DNA from: a virus
Lineage: Duplodnaviria; Caudoviricetes
Reading direction: 5' to 3' (one strand)
Virus record (IMG/VR): IMGVR_UViG_3300029288_004596
Span: 64,001-128,000 of that record
DNA: 64,000 nt
Below are positions 18,787 to 29,001 of this stretch, in pieces. The notes beneath the pieces were generated by a model that was given only the letters and a program-made list of their open reading frames with translations, did no database searches and had not been told where the DNA came from. The position numbers were made by a program, and so were the translations under genes. Position 1 is the stretch's first letter, and every line of letters begins with the position of its first letter.

Positions 18787-20495
18787 GGAAGCCTCGGCTG
18801 ATAGGTTGTCTTGCTGTGTTTTTTGTACCAGAAGTATGACTTGGCGGCTGCCGCGTCATTTACTGTTAGTCTTATCTTGTATCTATTTCCTATAGGAGAA
18901 TTATTAGTGTACTGGACTGTGGAACTCTGCCACTCAAGGGCGCTAGTTAGTGCTGCGCTAACTAATGGGGTATACGTAGGATCAGTATATGATAAGTCTA
19001 TATTATTATTAAGAAATAACCTTGGTGGGTCTGTATTACTTGAAGAGGGCTTTCCATATAATGTAAAACTAGCTGTCTCATATGGATTGATATACAAATC
19101 ATCCTCTACCCATGCTATGCCATCCCCTGTGGAAGTCCATATGGCTACCTTCCCTAAGCTGGGGTGCGTAGTTTCTATGGTATCATTATATGCGCTAAGG
19201 GTTGTGGTTCCTCCTATAGTGCCTATCATTCTTACCCCTGAGGTAGAACCTGTTGATCTATAAGAATCAACATAATATCTTGGGCACGCTGAATATCTTT
19301 CTAGCGGCTCCATGAAATCATCATTGCCATAGTTAAGGTTTATCACATTGCAGAAAGAGTTTATAAACAGTTTGCTATTTCCAGAACTAGCGGAGTTTAT
19401 TATATCTAGTTGCGCATACAGCATTGCATAGTTATTATTATACCAGTTGCAATCTTGCAGAACCACTCCATTGGAGTAAACGCAACATGTAGTATGTCCT
19501 ATAAAATTTAGATTTCTACCTACAAAGTTTGTGGCATAACTAATTGCGTTAGTGTTTCCAGCTACGTATACGTTGTCTACATAGTCCCCAAGGGTAGTGT
19601 AAAAGGCATCCTGACATCCAGCAATTACTCCACCACTCATGGTTGTCGCTTGGTCTGCATACACTCCTCTAGTGCTTCCAATAATAGCGGAGTTTAGCAC
19701 TTGGGCAAATTTAGTATTTTCTAGCAGGGAAAGCCCTTTACAATATACACTTTTATCAATTACTGGGTACCTTGATGACTCTAGCGCATAGGTCCCACCA
19801 CTTATGCAAACGCTTTCTAGGACTCCTCCAGATGTCACATATAGATAGTAGGTAGTGCTGCCTCTCAGTATTATATTTCTGGGAAGAAGGGCTACTACAG
19901 CTCCTTTGAGTTTTGTGGCAGATAGGGCTGGGGTTATTGATATGCTAGTGGCAGAGATTCCACTAACAGACACCCACTCCATGCCCCTGCCTTTATTGAT
20001 ATTGCATATGCCAATATCCTTATATATGTACTGAAGCCACCCTGCAGATGTTAAGTCATCTGTCACCGGCAATGTTACTACTCCTATGCCTGCCGCAGAG
20101 GATAAGGTTGTGTATAATATTGAAGGGGAGGTCCCGTGAAGGTCCACAAATCCTGAAGCTCCGGTGTTTATGTACCTGGATCCTCCTCCAAAGTCTATTA
20201 TAAAAGTGCTAGCTGATGGAAGTGGAGTATCGGCAGATCCAGCTGATAGGCACCCAGTTCCTGTTATATGTCCAGCGCACTTCAGGTAGTAAATCCCAGC
20301 GGTGGTTGGCACTGTCAGGATTCCGCTTATTCCCAGGGTTACTCCATTGGCGTATCCAGACATATCGCATGTGTCTAGAGTCACTATATGTCCCCCTGAG
20401 ATTATAACAGTGTCATTATTAGCAGGAACTGGGTTTCCTCCCCAGGTGCCAGTAGATGACCATGTGCCTGTTTGTGAGCTTGTTCTTGTCGCCAT
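18783..20495 (-). CDS. beta-helix (pectin-lyase-like) appendage protein with a G8-like N-terminus
   Basis: GTWSSTGTWGG..VP..NDTVII..GH.VTLD at the N-terminus, followed by a central repetitive Asn/Gly beta-strand pattern. Confidence 0.55.
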   Translation of the reverse strand: MATRTSSQTGTWSSTGTWGGNPVPANNDTVIISGGHIVTLDTCDMSGYANGVTLGISGILTVPTTAGIYYLKCAGHITGTGCLSAGSADTPLPSASTFIIDFGGGSRYINTGASGFVDLHGTSPSILYTTLSSAAGIGVVTLPVTDDLTSAGWLQYIYKDIGICNINKGRGMEWVSVSGISATSISITPALSATKLKGAVVALLPRNIILRGSTTYYLYVTSGGVLESVCISGGTYALESSRYPVIDKSVYCKGLSLLENTKFAQVLNSAIIGSTRGVYADQATTMSGGVIAGCQDAFYTTLGDYVDNVYVAGNTNAISYATNFVGRNLNFIGHTTCCVYSNGVVLQDCNWYNNNYAMLYAQLDIINSASSGNSKLFINSFCNVINLNYGNDDFMEPLERYSACPRYYVDSYRSTGSTSGVRMIGTIGGTTTLSAYNDTIETTHPSLGKVAIWTSTGDGIAWVEDDLYINPYETASFTLYGKPSSSNTDPPRLFLNNNIDLSYTDPTYTPLVSAALTSALEWQSSTVQYTNNSPIGNRYKIRLTVNDAAAAKSYFWYKKHSKTTYQPRLP

Positions 20496-21110
20496 TTATT
20501 TTCTTCTGTAAGGATTAGCAGCTTTGCCTGCATTATATGGAGTTGTTGTAGTTAATATGTTAGGAGGGGATGTTGAAGCCCCATAGATCTCAATTCCTGT
20601 TCCGTTTTCAGAGTAATTGGAACTGGCAAGCCTGGAGGATATTGTGGTATCAAGGTTAGGAGCCACAGCTTGATTTATAGCCCCAGCGGTAAAACTTCCA
20701 CTACTAATTATAGCAGCGGCTAGACCAGTTACATTAACTCCTTCACTGTCCAGGGTAGCCTTGACATCCCCATTAGTGAAAGTGAGGGCTGAGGTCTTCT
20801 GGTTAATAGCTGGGACAAGACCCTCTTCAGTTATTATGTGGGCTGGTATTACTACCACTCCTGAAGTAGAGGATTTCCCAGCCACTGTTATTGTGGAGTA
20901 GTTTGTCTCTGAGGCTGAAAGGGAAACTTTATATATGCCTGGGCAATTAGAAGAAGATACCTCTGTGACTGTAGATGTGGCAAGAGAAGAGAGAGCTCCA
21001 TTTACTACTAGGTAAACTGATACCTGTGGTGCATCCCCTGTTTTTCCTGTATTAGTTAATGTATCCCATACAGTAAATGGGACTGTTAAAGCCACCCCTT
21101 TTATCGCCAT
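20496..21110 (-). CDS. virion structural protein sharing modules with 17563-18786
   Basis: Shared segments KTSALT..GDVKATLD.E and VAPNLD..ISSRLAS.NY. Confidence 0.55.
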   Translation of the reverse strand: MAIKGVALTVPFTVWDTLTNTGKTGDAPQVSVYLVVNGALSSLATSTVTEVSSSNCPGIYKVSLSASETNYSTITVAGKSSTSGVVVIPAHIITEEGLVPAINQKTSALTFTNGDVKATLDSEGVNVTGLAAAIISSGSFTAGAINQAVAPNLDTTISSRLASSNYSENGTGIEIYGASTSPPNILTTTTPYNAGKAANPYRRK

Positions 21111-21111
21111 C

Positions 21112-21822
21112 TTAAACTACCCCTATAGAATTTCTGAATAAAGCCATTATAGTTGGCAACACTGTCCCAGGCAGCTCTGATGGAGCTACATACATTCCGC
21201 TTGTTGTCTGGTAATTTGATAATATAGTTGAATCATCAAGCGGATCATTATAAAGTTTGAATAATCCAATAGATCCATTAAAGTATGAAGAGAATCTAGG
21301 GCTCTTTCCTACGGATGCCCGATAGTCTGTTTCAGGTCTAAAGGTTTTAAAAGATGCGCTTGTTACGTATGATCCATTTTTATATAGATTTATAGATGAA
21401 GAAGCCTGTGATATAGTTCCTACCATATATGTCCATACCCCAGTTGGCGCTAGAGCAGACAATGTTGTATATTTTCCATCAGTGCTATATGCTCTGAGTT
21501 CAACATAAACTCCTAAAGGCCTTAAGAACCACCCACGTTGCCCAAATCCAAGAGGACTGGATCCATGGGAAGCTATATAAACTCCAGCAGTGTTAGTCAT
21601 ATTAAACCAGATCTCTATACTATATGAAGTCATGCCTGTTAACGATGTCGATACTTCCGCATATACTCCATCTGCTGAACCGCTAAATGTGTATACGTAA
21701 TGCGTATTATCAGGGGCTAGTTCCCTGGTAGCTCCACTAACAGCTCCTGTGTTGGAATTCCCTGACAGGTCATCTAGTATAGGAGGAGCTTGCTGAAAGT
21801 CCCAATATAGTATATTTGACAC
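21112..21822 (-). CDS. LamG/concanavalin-A-like lectin domain protein
   Basis: DLSGNSNTG, SIEIWF, WTYMVGT, LYKNG and FNGSIGLFKLYN. Confidence 0.8.
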   Translation of the reverse strand: MSNILYWDFQQAPPILDDLSGNSNTGAVSGATRELAPDNTHYVYTFSGSADGVYAEVSTSLTGMTSYSIEIWFNMTNTAGVYIASHGSSPLGFGQRGWFLRPLGVYVELRAYSTDGKYTTLSALAPTGVWTYMVGTISQASSSINLYKNGSYVTSASFKTFRPETDYRASVGKSPRFSSYFNGSIGLFKLYNDPLDDSTILSNYQTTSGMYVAPSELPGTVLPTIMALFRNSIGVV

Positions 21823-21843
21823 TACTTGATAACCTCTTCTATG

Positions 21844-23358
21844 TTAGAAGGTCTTCCTGAATAGTCCAGCTAAGGAGGTGTCTGAGAGTCTCTCATCTCT
21901 GTTCCACTGGCTGGATCTGGTTCCCACTTCTGGCAGCACCCTGTCATCTCTTATAACATTCTCCAACCTTTCCACTTCAGCTCCATATTTGGTCAGCAGT
22001 TTACCCAGTTCTGTTATGGAACCAGCTCCTATATCCACTGTGAAGTCCCCAAGGGTTTTCCTAGTGTCAGCTTCTTCCAGCATTTCAAAGTATCTGAGCT
22101 GAAGTAAACTGAAGGCGGCCTTGGCCCTGACATACCTTATCATGTCATAGGTTACATTGGATATGGATGTTTTGAGAGTAGTTAGTGTAGTGTCGGAAGC
22201 TAGGTCCTGAGTTCTATTGCAGTCTATAGAAGCCTGATGTATGTGCGTGTTTATCAGGTCATCTGTGAAAGTGGCTACAAACAGTCCACACATAGCCCTT
22301 ATAGATAGCACATCAGCATATAGCGGATTGTATTTGCCAGTAAAGTAAACCTGGTATAAAGAGTCTAGCTGGGTTCCATTCGAGCTTTGAATGCTAACTA
22401 TGTTAAGGGTGTATCTCATATTCTCAGAGATATCCCCTGAAGGAGTGAACACTATGCTGGAGGAGGCTATAGTTATTCCACCATTAAGATATCCTGGCAA
22501 GACAGCTGGGTCCCCATCTGAGGGTTCATAATATAAGTATACTGTAGAGGATGTGGCTGAAGATGCCACTATAGAGTTGGAAAAGGAGACCAGCATAGTT
22601 GGCCATGCCGCTAGGTTTGTGGTTCCATCTGGAGGCGTGACGGCTATAACCCCAAACAAGCCTTCATATGGTGTGGTAAGTCTGGAATCATAAGCTGTGG
22701 GAGTGAAAGCTCCATAGTAAAATGAAGTTATCCCTGTGGACCATGCTCCTGTAGTTGTGGCTGCGGCTGCCCTCACTCTCCAGAAGTACTCTGTGTTTAC
22801 AGTAAAAGCGCTTGAGTTGGGAGAGTATGTAGTGGAGGTTGGCACATTCACGGATAGTACAGCTGTACTAAATCTAGGAGTGGTGGATATCACCAAGTCA
22901 TAGGATGATGCGCTTGCCACTGAAGACCAACTCAGAGTGGGCATGGCAGAATGTATAGTTTCATTCTGGGGGAATATCAGAGTTGGCATCCCTAGAGTGG
23001 AACCATTAACTGTAAAGTCCCAGGTGTAATTCCTGGGAAGAGTCCTTCCTGTGGAAGACTGTATAGTCTGTCTAGCCAGAACCTGGTAAGTTTCTCCAGG
23101 GATTAAAGCTGTGGCTGGAACTAAAGTAAGTATAAAGGAGTCGGAATCATAATTTGAGTATGAGAGGTCATAGGATGCGTCTGTGGATAACTCAACCAGG
23201 GAAAATAAAGTGTTTAAAGTCTCGCTCGCGGTAAACTGAGCAGTGTCCATATCCCTGCTGAAAGTTATGTCTATATTTGGCAAAGTTCCCACCCCGGTAG
23301 ATGCGGTGGTGGGAGAATATGTCAATATGGTAGGTATGAATGCTGAACTTAGATCCAT
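21844..23358 (-). CDS. head-tail adaptor/neck protein with Ig-like (Big_5/FN3) domains
   Basis: IDITFSRDMD...YTWDFT, YFWRVRA and a second Ig domain, then a helical C-terminal region (YADVLSIR...KTLGDFTV). Follows the major capsid gene. Confidence 0.65.
   Translation of the reverse strand: MDLSSAFIPTILTYSPTTASTGVGTLPNIDITFSRDMDTAQFTASETLNTLFSLVELSTDASYDLSYSNYDSDSFILTLVPATALIPGETYQVLARQTIQSSTGRTLPRNYTWDFTVNGSTLGMPTLIFPQNETIHSAMPTLSWSSVASASSYDLVISTTPRFSTAVLSVNVPTSTTYSPNSSAFTVNTEYFWRVRAAAATTTGAWSTGITSFYYGAFTPTAYDSRLTTPYEGLFGVIAVTPPDGTTNLAAWPTMLVSFSNSIVASSATSSTVYLYYEPSDGDPAVLPGYLNGGITIASSSIVFTPSGDISENMRYTLNIVSIQSSNGTQLDSLYQVYFTGKYNPLYADVLSIRAMCGLFVATFTDDLINTHIHQASIDCNRTQDLASDTTLTTLKTSISNVTYDMIRYVRAKAAFSLLQLRYFEMLEEADTRKTLGDFTVDIGAGSITELGKLLTKYGAEVERLENVIRDDRVLPEVGTRSSQWNRDERLSDTSLAGLFRKTF
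22855..22870. repeat. dispersed palindrome TAGTACAGCTGTACTA
   Basis: Perfect 16-bp copy; in the Ig neck gene. Confidence 0.8.
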
Positions 23359-23371
23359 GTATAACCTCTAT

Positions 23372-23404
23372 AAATAAAAAAGGTGGGGCTATTGCTAGCC
23401 CCTA
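23372..23404 (-). terminator. intrinsic terminator after the major capsid gene
   Basis: GGGGCTA-GCAA-TAGCCCC followed by ACCTTTTTT. Confidence 0.75.
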
Positions 23405-23409
23405 AGTTG

Positions 23410-24585
23410 TTACGATACGCTTCTAACTGAGTAGAGCGGAGTGGAGTTCTCTGTGATTCTCACATTCTTTATGGCTACAGCGGCCTTACCAGCGTTGAGC
23501 AGGTCTACTCCATAGACTTCTTTGATCTTCAAATACCTGAGGTCTCTGTTGGGATCATTGAACTCATCGGTCTGTATTCCTTCTCTCTGCAGGATGACTA
23601 TGCCATTGTTTCTATCTATAAGATAGATGTCCGTGGCGGCTGCTGAGGAGTCTCCAGTCGTAGTCACTGTTGTCAGAGTTGGACTCTGAGTGAATGGCAT
23701 GAATGGAGAAACGTTGACAGTGATGCCCCATGGCAAGTTGGCCTGAATATTGTCAGGTCCCATAGGAGCATAGGACTGACCTATAGGTCCATTGGTCAGC
23801 AACTGATACTGAAGCCTTGGGTCTTTCATAAAGATAGTCCAGCCCAGTGGGTGAACTACTAAGTCAGTGGTTATAAAACCATTGGCCAGCTGAAGAGCCA
23901 TAGCGTCAATCAGGTCCATAAAGGCCAGAGAACCATTGCTCTTCTGGTTTGTGTCTTTGCCTGTGGTCTGGTTAGCAGCTCCAGCTATGCTGTTGTCAAA
24001 GGCCACAACCGCTCTGTCCTTGACGGCGTTGAAGATCTTCTCTTCTTTCCATCTGGCCATAGCGAAACCCATGGCTTCCACATGAAGAGCCAGGATATCC
24101 CACATGGAGTCATTTATGACTTCCTCTGGGATAGGGCACTTGAGACCCGACTTCCCAACCTTCACCTCTGTCATGGCTTCCGCGAATGCGAGCGTGTTTT
24201 CCTGGTATTCCTGACCAGGCGCTATGTCGTATGCCCTAAGAGCTCCCACTGTGGGGAATTCTACGGACCTTACTCCATCAGGAATGTTTACCACTTTAGC
24301 CAGTCTCAACTGTCCAGCCATCACTGGATCTTCCATAGGTCTCATTAGAACATCTGAGATTACCTTGGGAAAGAGGATGCTAGCGTCAGGAGCATACAAA
24401 GCTTCTTTGAGGTTGATGCTCATCTCAGGCTTGGACTCCGGAGTGGTAGTCATGAGGGCCTTCATGAACTCAACATTAGCTGTTATATACTTATGGTCAA
24501 GCGGCGACTCGACACCTGGGAGCGTTATTTCTGTAGCTTTCTTTTCCTGTTCTTTGAAAAGATCGCCGATTAACTTTTTACCCAT
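23410..24585 (-). CDS. major capsid protein (HK97 fold, predicted)
   Basis: 391 aa, after the protease, scaffold and decoration genes. KSGLKCPIPEEVINDSMWDILA...AMARWKEEKIF and LVVHPLGW; followed by a terminator. Confidence 0.8.
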   Translation of the reverse strand: MGKKLIGDLFKEQEKKATEITLPGVESPLDHKYITANVEFMKALMTTTPESKPEMSINLKEALYAPDASILFPKVISDVLMRPMEDPVMAGQLRLAKVVNIPDGVRSVEFPTVGALRAYDIAPGQEYQENTLAFAEAMTEVKVGKSGLKCPIPEEVINDSMWDILALHVEAMGFAMARWKEEKIFNAVKDRAVVAFDNSIAGAANQTTGKDTNQKSNGSLAFMDLIDAMALQLANGFITTDLVVHPLGWTIFMKDPRLQYQLLTNGPIGQSYAPMGPDNIQANLPWGITVNVSPFMPFTQSPTLTTVTTTGDSSAAATDIYLIDRNNGIVILQREGIQTDEFNDPNRDLRYLKIKEVYGVDLLNAGKAAVAIKNVRITENSTPLYSVRSVS

Positions 24586-24633
24586 TCTAAAAAGTCTCCT
24601 TATCTTAGTTGACTAAGGGGTCGCCCCCTGAGT

Positions 24634-25980
24634 TTAGTCTATCATTACTCTTAGGATGCCGACAGATCCAGCCACATCAATGTGAGCAGGAGTGCCTCCG
24701 CCTAAGCTTGAGTAATATCCATCAGTCAGTTGCATCTGTCCAGAGTCATATCTCTGACCTGAGCCAAGATCCTCATAGTAATAGTCAACTCTTATGTCCG
24801 TGTCAGGAACAGTTGTAGATCCATCAGAAGCCTTAACGCCCATCAACCTTAAGGTGTTGCCTATAGGGTTAATAGTATAGTTCTTTCCTATGGAGTAGTC
24901 TTCTATATACAGGTTGGTAAACCTTGGCAGAGCAGTCCATGCGTCAGTGGTTGTAGTCCAGTCTCCAGTGTCTCCATCAAAGTAAGAGCACCCAGCGGAT
25001 ACGTAGACTGTTATAGACTTGTAAGCCGCAATCTGTCTCTGAACTCCGCCCACATCAATAGTGAATTCATTGTCCCCAATAGACGCGAGATTAGCGGCCT
25101 GAGCTGTAGTGGCTGTGGTGAAACCAGGAAGCTGAATCCTTGGAAGGTCCCATGCTCCATAGTTGTCTCTTACCCACTTCAACCAGCCCGGATAGTCAGA
25201 GTCTATAAGCTCAAGACCAAGGACTGTTCCAGCAATCATCTCTGGACCCTGACCCCAGCTGTATATAACATTCTTTACTGCGCTAGCGGTAAAGGTTACA
25301 ACCCATCCAACCGAGTTTTTCCATGCGGCTGTTCCTGTGGTGGGGACACCAGCGGCGGTAAAGCCAAGAATAGCTCTTGGAGTTATATGAGCGTAAGCCG
25401 CATCAGACAAAGCTCCAGAGGTTATGGTAGCTCCAAGCGTCAACCACTGATTATAGAACTTGCGCTCTATGTACTTGACTACCTTGCCTATATGTCTGTT
25501 ATCTACAGTTGTAGAGTTGTGGTATCCAGGATAAGCTGTCACCTTGTCGCCCTGAGTTAAGTCGCCAAAGATGCCATTGGTGAACCCAGTGGAACTGGCT
25601 ATGTAAGGAAGACCTATAAGCTTGTTCTTGAATAGAGAAGGAAGACTCTTAACTGATCTATCCTGATACCATGCTGAGTGCATAGCGTAACCGGCAAATC
25701 CAAGAGGAGCTATATTAACGCCATCTGCAAGAGTTAGCACTGTGTCATGGCTCTCTGTAATAGCGCCGTTAGTCCCCGCGCCACTACCTGAAGTTATGTC
25801 TTTGGATCCTACGCCAACTAGTCTACCCTTAGGTATAACTACCAGGTCCTGAGGATTCTTTGGGTCCTGGCCTAGAACAGGAAGCGAGGGATCCAGTTTA
25901 AATGTTTCAGCAGGCGCGTCTGTGCCAGAAATTTCCAAATCTGTTGGCCATCGTCTACCTGTCGGGAGATATCCTATCAT
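24634..25980 (-). CDS. head decoration/minor capsid protein
   Basis: Immediately upstream of the major capsid gene, with a strong RBS. VVIPKGRLV motif; beta-rich. Confidence 0.55.
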   Translation of the reverse strand: MIGYLPTGRRWPTDLEISGTDAPAETFKLDPSLPVLGQDPKNPQDLVVIPKGRLVGVGSKDITSGSGAGTNGAITESHDTVLTLADGVNIAPLGFAGYAMHSAWYQDRSVKSLPSLFKNKLIGLPYIASSTGFTNGIFGDLTQGDKVTAYPGYHNSTTVDNRHIGKVVKYIERKFYNQWLTLGATITSGALSDAAYAHITPRAILGFTAAGVPTTGTAAWKNSVGWVVTFTASAVKNVIYSWGQGPEMIAGTVLGLELIDSDYPGWLKWVRDNYGAWDLPRIQLPGFTTATTAQAANLASIGDNEFTIDVGGVQRQIAAYKSITVYVSAGCSYFDGDTGDWTTTTDAWTALPRFTNLYIEDYSIGKNYTINPIGNTLRLMGVKASDGSTTVPDTDIRVDYYYEDLGSGQRYDSGQMQLTDGYYSSLGGGTPAHIDVAGSVGILRVMID

Positions 25981-25991
25981 TATGTTTCTCC

Positions 25992-27326
25992 TTATCCCTT
26001 AATTTTAGCAAGTTTCTCTCTAAGTTCCTCAGCTTTCTTTCCTCTGGGGAACATGAGAGTTATTGTGGTTTCTTCTTCATCTGTGATTTTGCTATAGAGG
26101 TCTTCCTGGAGAGCTTCCTTAGTTACCTCAGTTGTTTGAGCGGTCATTCCAGTTTCCTGATGGAGTGTGGGATCTTCTAACTTCTCCACATCCTCAGTGG
26201 CTGGAGAGACCTCTATGGAACTGAGATCCTCAATGTGTATCTTGAGGTACTCTTCAGATCTTCCAGTAAATAGCTCTACTAGATCATCAAATGACTTAGT
26301 CTTTGAGAGCGGGTGTCCTTTCTCTATGGAAAGTCTAGCCGCCTCCTTAGCCAGTAAGACATGCTTTTCAGCAATCAGTTCAGCCAGCTTAGCTTCAAGA
26401 GTCCTGGTCAACTCTCTCGAGTCCTCCAGTTCCTTGTTGATCTTGTCAGGCTCTTCTGATTCCTTGTCCCATGGCGGCGTCTCGTTCATTTTCTTATAGT
26501 ACTTGCCTAGGTGAGATCGTATCCCAGCCTTGTCAGAGTCTGAGACCTTAGCTTTATTTATGGAAGCCGCGGCCGCGTAAACTCCTCTTTTTATGGCTGT
26601 GAGTTTTCCATCCTCCACAGTGGCTATTGGGAACTTGTAACTCCCAGCTTTATCATCAGCTTCAGAGTCGTACCAGACAAAACCCTTTCGGTATTTAGCC
26701 CAGTTGACATTTCCCTTTGAATCCTTGGCATACTCCATTAGAGCTTTTCTGGCTTCACCTTCATCCCAAGCCCTATCCGAGGTATCTATAGGAAGGTTTT
26801 GGTAAGGCACAACTGCCTCGATGAAGATCTGATCCTCATAGTCTTTAAGGATAGAGGACTGCTCTTCTAAGTCTGTTTTCAGAGATTCAATCTGGGCTGT
26901 CAATTCCTGCTCTCTTTCCTCCGAGACTATCAGGAGGTCATCGAGTTCTTTCTTTAGCTCTGTGGTTCCCATACTGTCAATGTAATCGCCTTTTTCTGTG
27001 AGGAAACTATATATAAGCTTATAGTTTTCCTTGGTGATTGGTATTGGATATGGTTCAGTATTCTCAGCCGGCTCTATGTCCTGGAACTCTATGAGGTCTT
27101 CCTCGGTGAGAGATTCCTTTCCATGAGCCATGAGTATACTCAGGATGCCAGAGATCTGCTCTGGTGTGTGATTGCTCTGTCTGATCTCTTTAGCGGCTGT
27201 AACTATAGCCTCTCTAGTAGATACATCGTAGCCAGACATCAAAAGTTCTATCTGGTTGTCTGGATCCACTAGCTTTGTCAGATACGCAATATTCATGCTA
27301 TCATCCTTTCGCTCGCATGTCGCCAT
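25992..27326 (-). CDS. capsid scaffold-like protein (acidic coiled coil with an inserted globular domain)
   Basis: Glu-rich helical sequence downstream of the prohead protease; central PYQNLPI...PPWD domain. Confidence 0.6.
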   Translation of the reverse strand: MATCERKDDSMNIAYLTKLVDPDNQIELLMSGYDVSTREAIVTAAKEIRQSNHTPEQISGILSILMAHGKESLTEEDLIEFQDIEPAENTEPYPIPITKENYKLIYSFLTEKGDYIDSMGTTELKKELDDLLIVSEEREQELTAQIESLKTDLEEQSSILKDYEDQIFIEAVVPYQNLPIDTSDRAWDEGEARKALMEYAKDSKGNVNWAKYRKGFVWYDSEADDKAGSYKFPIATVEDGKLTAIKRGVYAAAASINKAKVSDSDKAGIRSHLGKYYKKMNETPPWDKESEEPDKINKELEDSRELTRTLEAKLAELIAEKHVLLAKEAARLSIEKGHPLSKTKSFDDLVELFTGRSEEYLKIHIEDLSSIEVSPATEDVEKLEDPTLHQETGMTAQTTEVTKEALQEDLYSKITDEEETTITLMFPRGKKAEELREKLAKIKG

Positions 27327-27328
27327 GC

Positions 27329-28165
27329 TTATTGGAGTTTCCTTATCCTGCCTCTGAAAGACTTGAGATCTTCAGGCGTGAGGCTAACCTCGCAACCCTC
27401 CAGGATCCTCTGGTAGGTTCTCTTGGACACTCCAAGAACTTGTTCCCTATAGCTTTCAACTGGTATTTTGCTTTCAGTAGCCATATCTAACAGGAACTCG
27501 CCCTTGCTTCCTCCTAATAGAACTCTAGCTTCGCTTTCAGGCAGAGTCGGGTTTACAACTCCAGCATTTACATCAGATGGAACATTGACAAATGAAATCT
27601 CATCCATCCTTATTCCACCAAGTATCCAGTGACACAGATCCCCATCATAGGTCTGTCCTTTGTAGTGGTCGCAGAGTCCCTCTTTAACCAGGTCCCTTTT
27701 GCATATGCTGCATGTCACAGAGTCTACGCTGCTTCCTATGCTGACAGTAAGCCACCTTCCAGTCAGTATCTTTTCTATAGCGTCTTTGTCTGTGATAGCG
27801 GCTATGGCTTTCACCCATCCCCCTCCGGAGCGGTGCTCATTAACGAACTGAGCGTTGTACACTCTTCCAAATGGAGGGGAAACCTCTCCTCCAAAGAACC
27901 CGCCAGCTGATGCGTGATCTTTGAGGACTGGAACTGGGTAAGGATAGTAGAAAGAAATTGCCCCTGTTCCTTCTTCCGCCTTGCCTACCAGTTCCTTTTT
28001 GGGATAAAAGGTGTTGTTCCTGGTTATCCAGTTAGCTGTGATAGCTCTGATCTCTGTGAATATAACCTCAGGGGTCTCAGCAAGAGAAGATTCTTTAATC
28101 TTTCTTACTGGGATGCCCACCTGGACACTCTCAACTTGTTTTCTTAGGTCCATTGTGTTCCTCAT
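27329..28165 (-). CDS. prohead maturation protease
   Basis: TRNNTFY, PVLKDH, GRV, TVSIGS..VTCSIC...CDHYKG and EISFVNVPSD; follows the portal gene. Confidence 0.8.
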   Translation of the reverse strand: MRNTMDLRKQVESVQVGIPVRKIKESSLAETPEVIFTEIRAITANWITRNNTFYPKKELVGKAEEGTGAISFYYPYPVPVLKDHASAGGFFGGEVSPPFGRVYNAQFVNEHRSGGGWVKAIAAITDKDAIEKILTGRWLTVSIGSSVDSVTCSICKRDLVKEGLCDHYKGQTYDGDLCHWILGGIRMDEISFVNVPSDVNAGVVNPTLPESEARVLLGGSKGEFLLDMATESKIPVESYREQVLGVSKRTYQRILEGCEVSLTPEDLKSFRGRIRKLQ

Positions 28166-28548
28166 TTTACCAAGTTAGTCATTATGTTTCCTAGTAATTG
28201 AGAGAGCTCTCCCCCCAGCACAACCCCTAGGGCTCCTAGGCCTGCTGAGATGATAGCTACTTTCAGCTTTATAGCTGACATTTCTTTGACAGAGTCTTCC
28301 AACTTGACTGTCAAAGAGTCTATTTTAGCTAACAGTTCCTGTTTGGAGTCTCCGGAAATATCAGCTAAATCTTTAGCGCATTGTTTAAACTCGCCCCTTA
28401 GTTCTACCTTGGTGTCATGGATAGACTGCACTGACCAGTCCTTTAAGGTGCTCATGGATTCTTCCACCTTCTCCAGACTCTTGTCGTGTCTCTCCAGGGT
28501 AGCCATGACTAGCTGGGCATAGTTAGCCCAATCGCCTTCATAGCTCAC
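28162..28548 (-). CDS. coiled-coil protein with a C-terminal TM segment (possible holin-like)
   Basis: Helical N-terminus; hydrophobic VAIISAGLGALGVVLGG. Confidence 0.45.
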   Translation of the reverse strand: MSYEGDWANYAQLVMATLERHDKSLEKVEESMSTLKDWSVQSIHDTKVELRGEFKQCAKDLADISGDSKQELLAKIDSLTVKLEDSVKEMSAIKLKVAIISAGLGALGVVLGGELSQLLGNIMTNLVK

Positions 28549-28999
28549 CGCACGGTATACTCGGGGATGCTGGCATAGTTACCATCCATAACCAAGTATC
28601 CTCCTCTGTCTTCATGGAATGAGACGAGCATGGAGGAATAACCAGAGTGTCATACTGAGCTAGCTCATAAGTGACATTATCCATAGTCACAGTGAGGGTT
28701 CCTGACATAACGCCAATGACTAGTTTTTCTGGGTGCGCATGCGCTGTTAATTCTGTGCCTGAAGATAGAAACTTCTGCGCTATTGACGCGTTGGGGTCTG
28801 TGTGTATTCCAAATACCAATGCTGTGCCCTTTATTGTTGTTAGTTCCTCGTACTCGGTCCGACTTCTTGACAGGTTCTTAACTATATCCTCAAATAAAAC
28901 TAGTTTTTTAGTGGTGCTCTTCAGCTCCTCTATTCTTGAGTTTAGAGTCAAAGCCTTTAATTCAGACAGGTTCTTAGTAAGCTTTTCATCTGTTGTCAT
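28538..28999 (-). CDS. cupin-domain protein
   Basis: HAHPEKL...SG...GD-like DTLVIPP..SHS two-motif cupin pattern. Confidence 0.7.
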   Translation of the reverse strand: MTTDEKLTKNLSELKALTLNSRIEELKSTTKKLVLFEDIVKNLSRSRTEYEELTTIKGTALVFGIHTDPNASIAQKFLSSGTELTAHAHPEKLVIGVMSGTLTVTMDNVTYELAQYDTLVIPPCSSHSMKTEEDTWLWMVTMPASPSIPCGEL

Positions 29000-29001
29000 A
29001 A

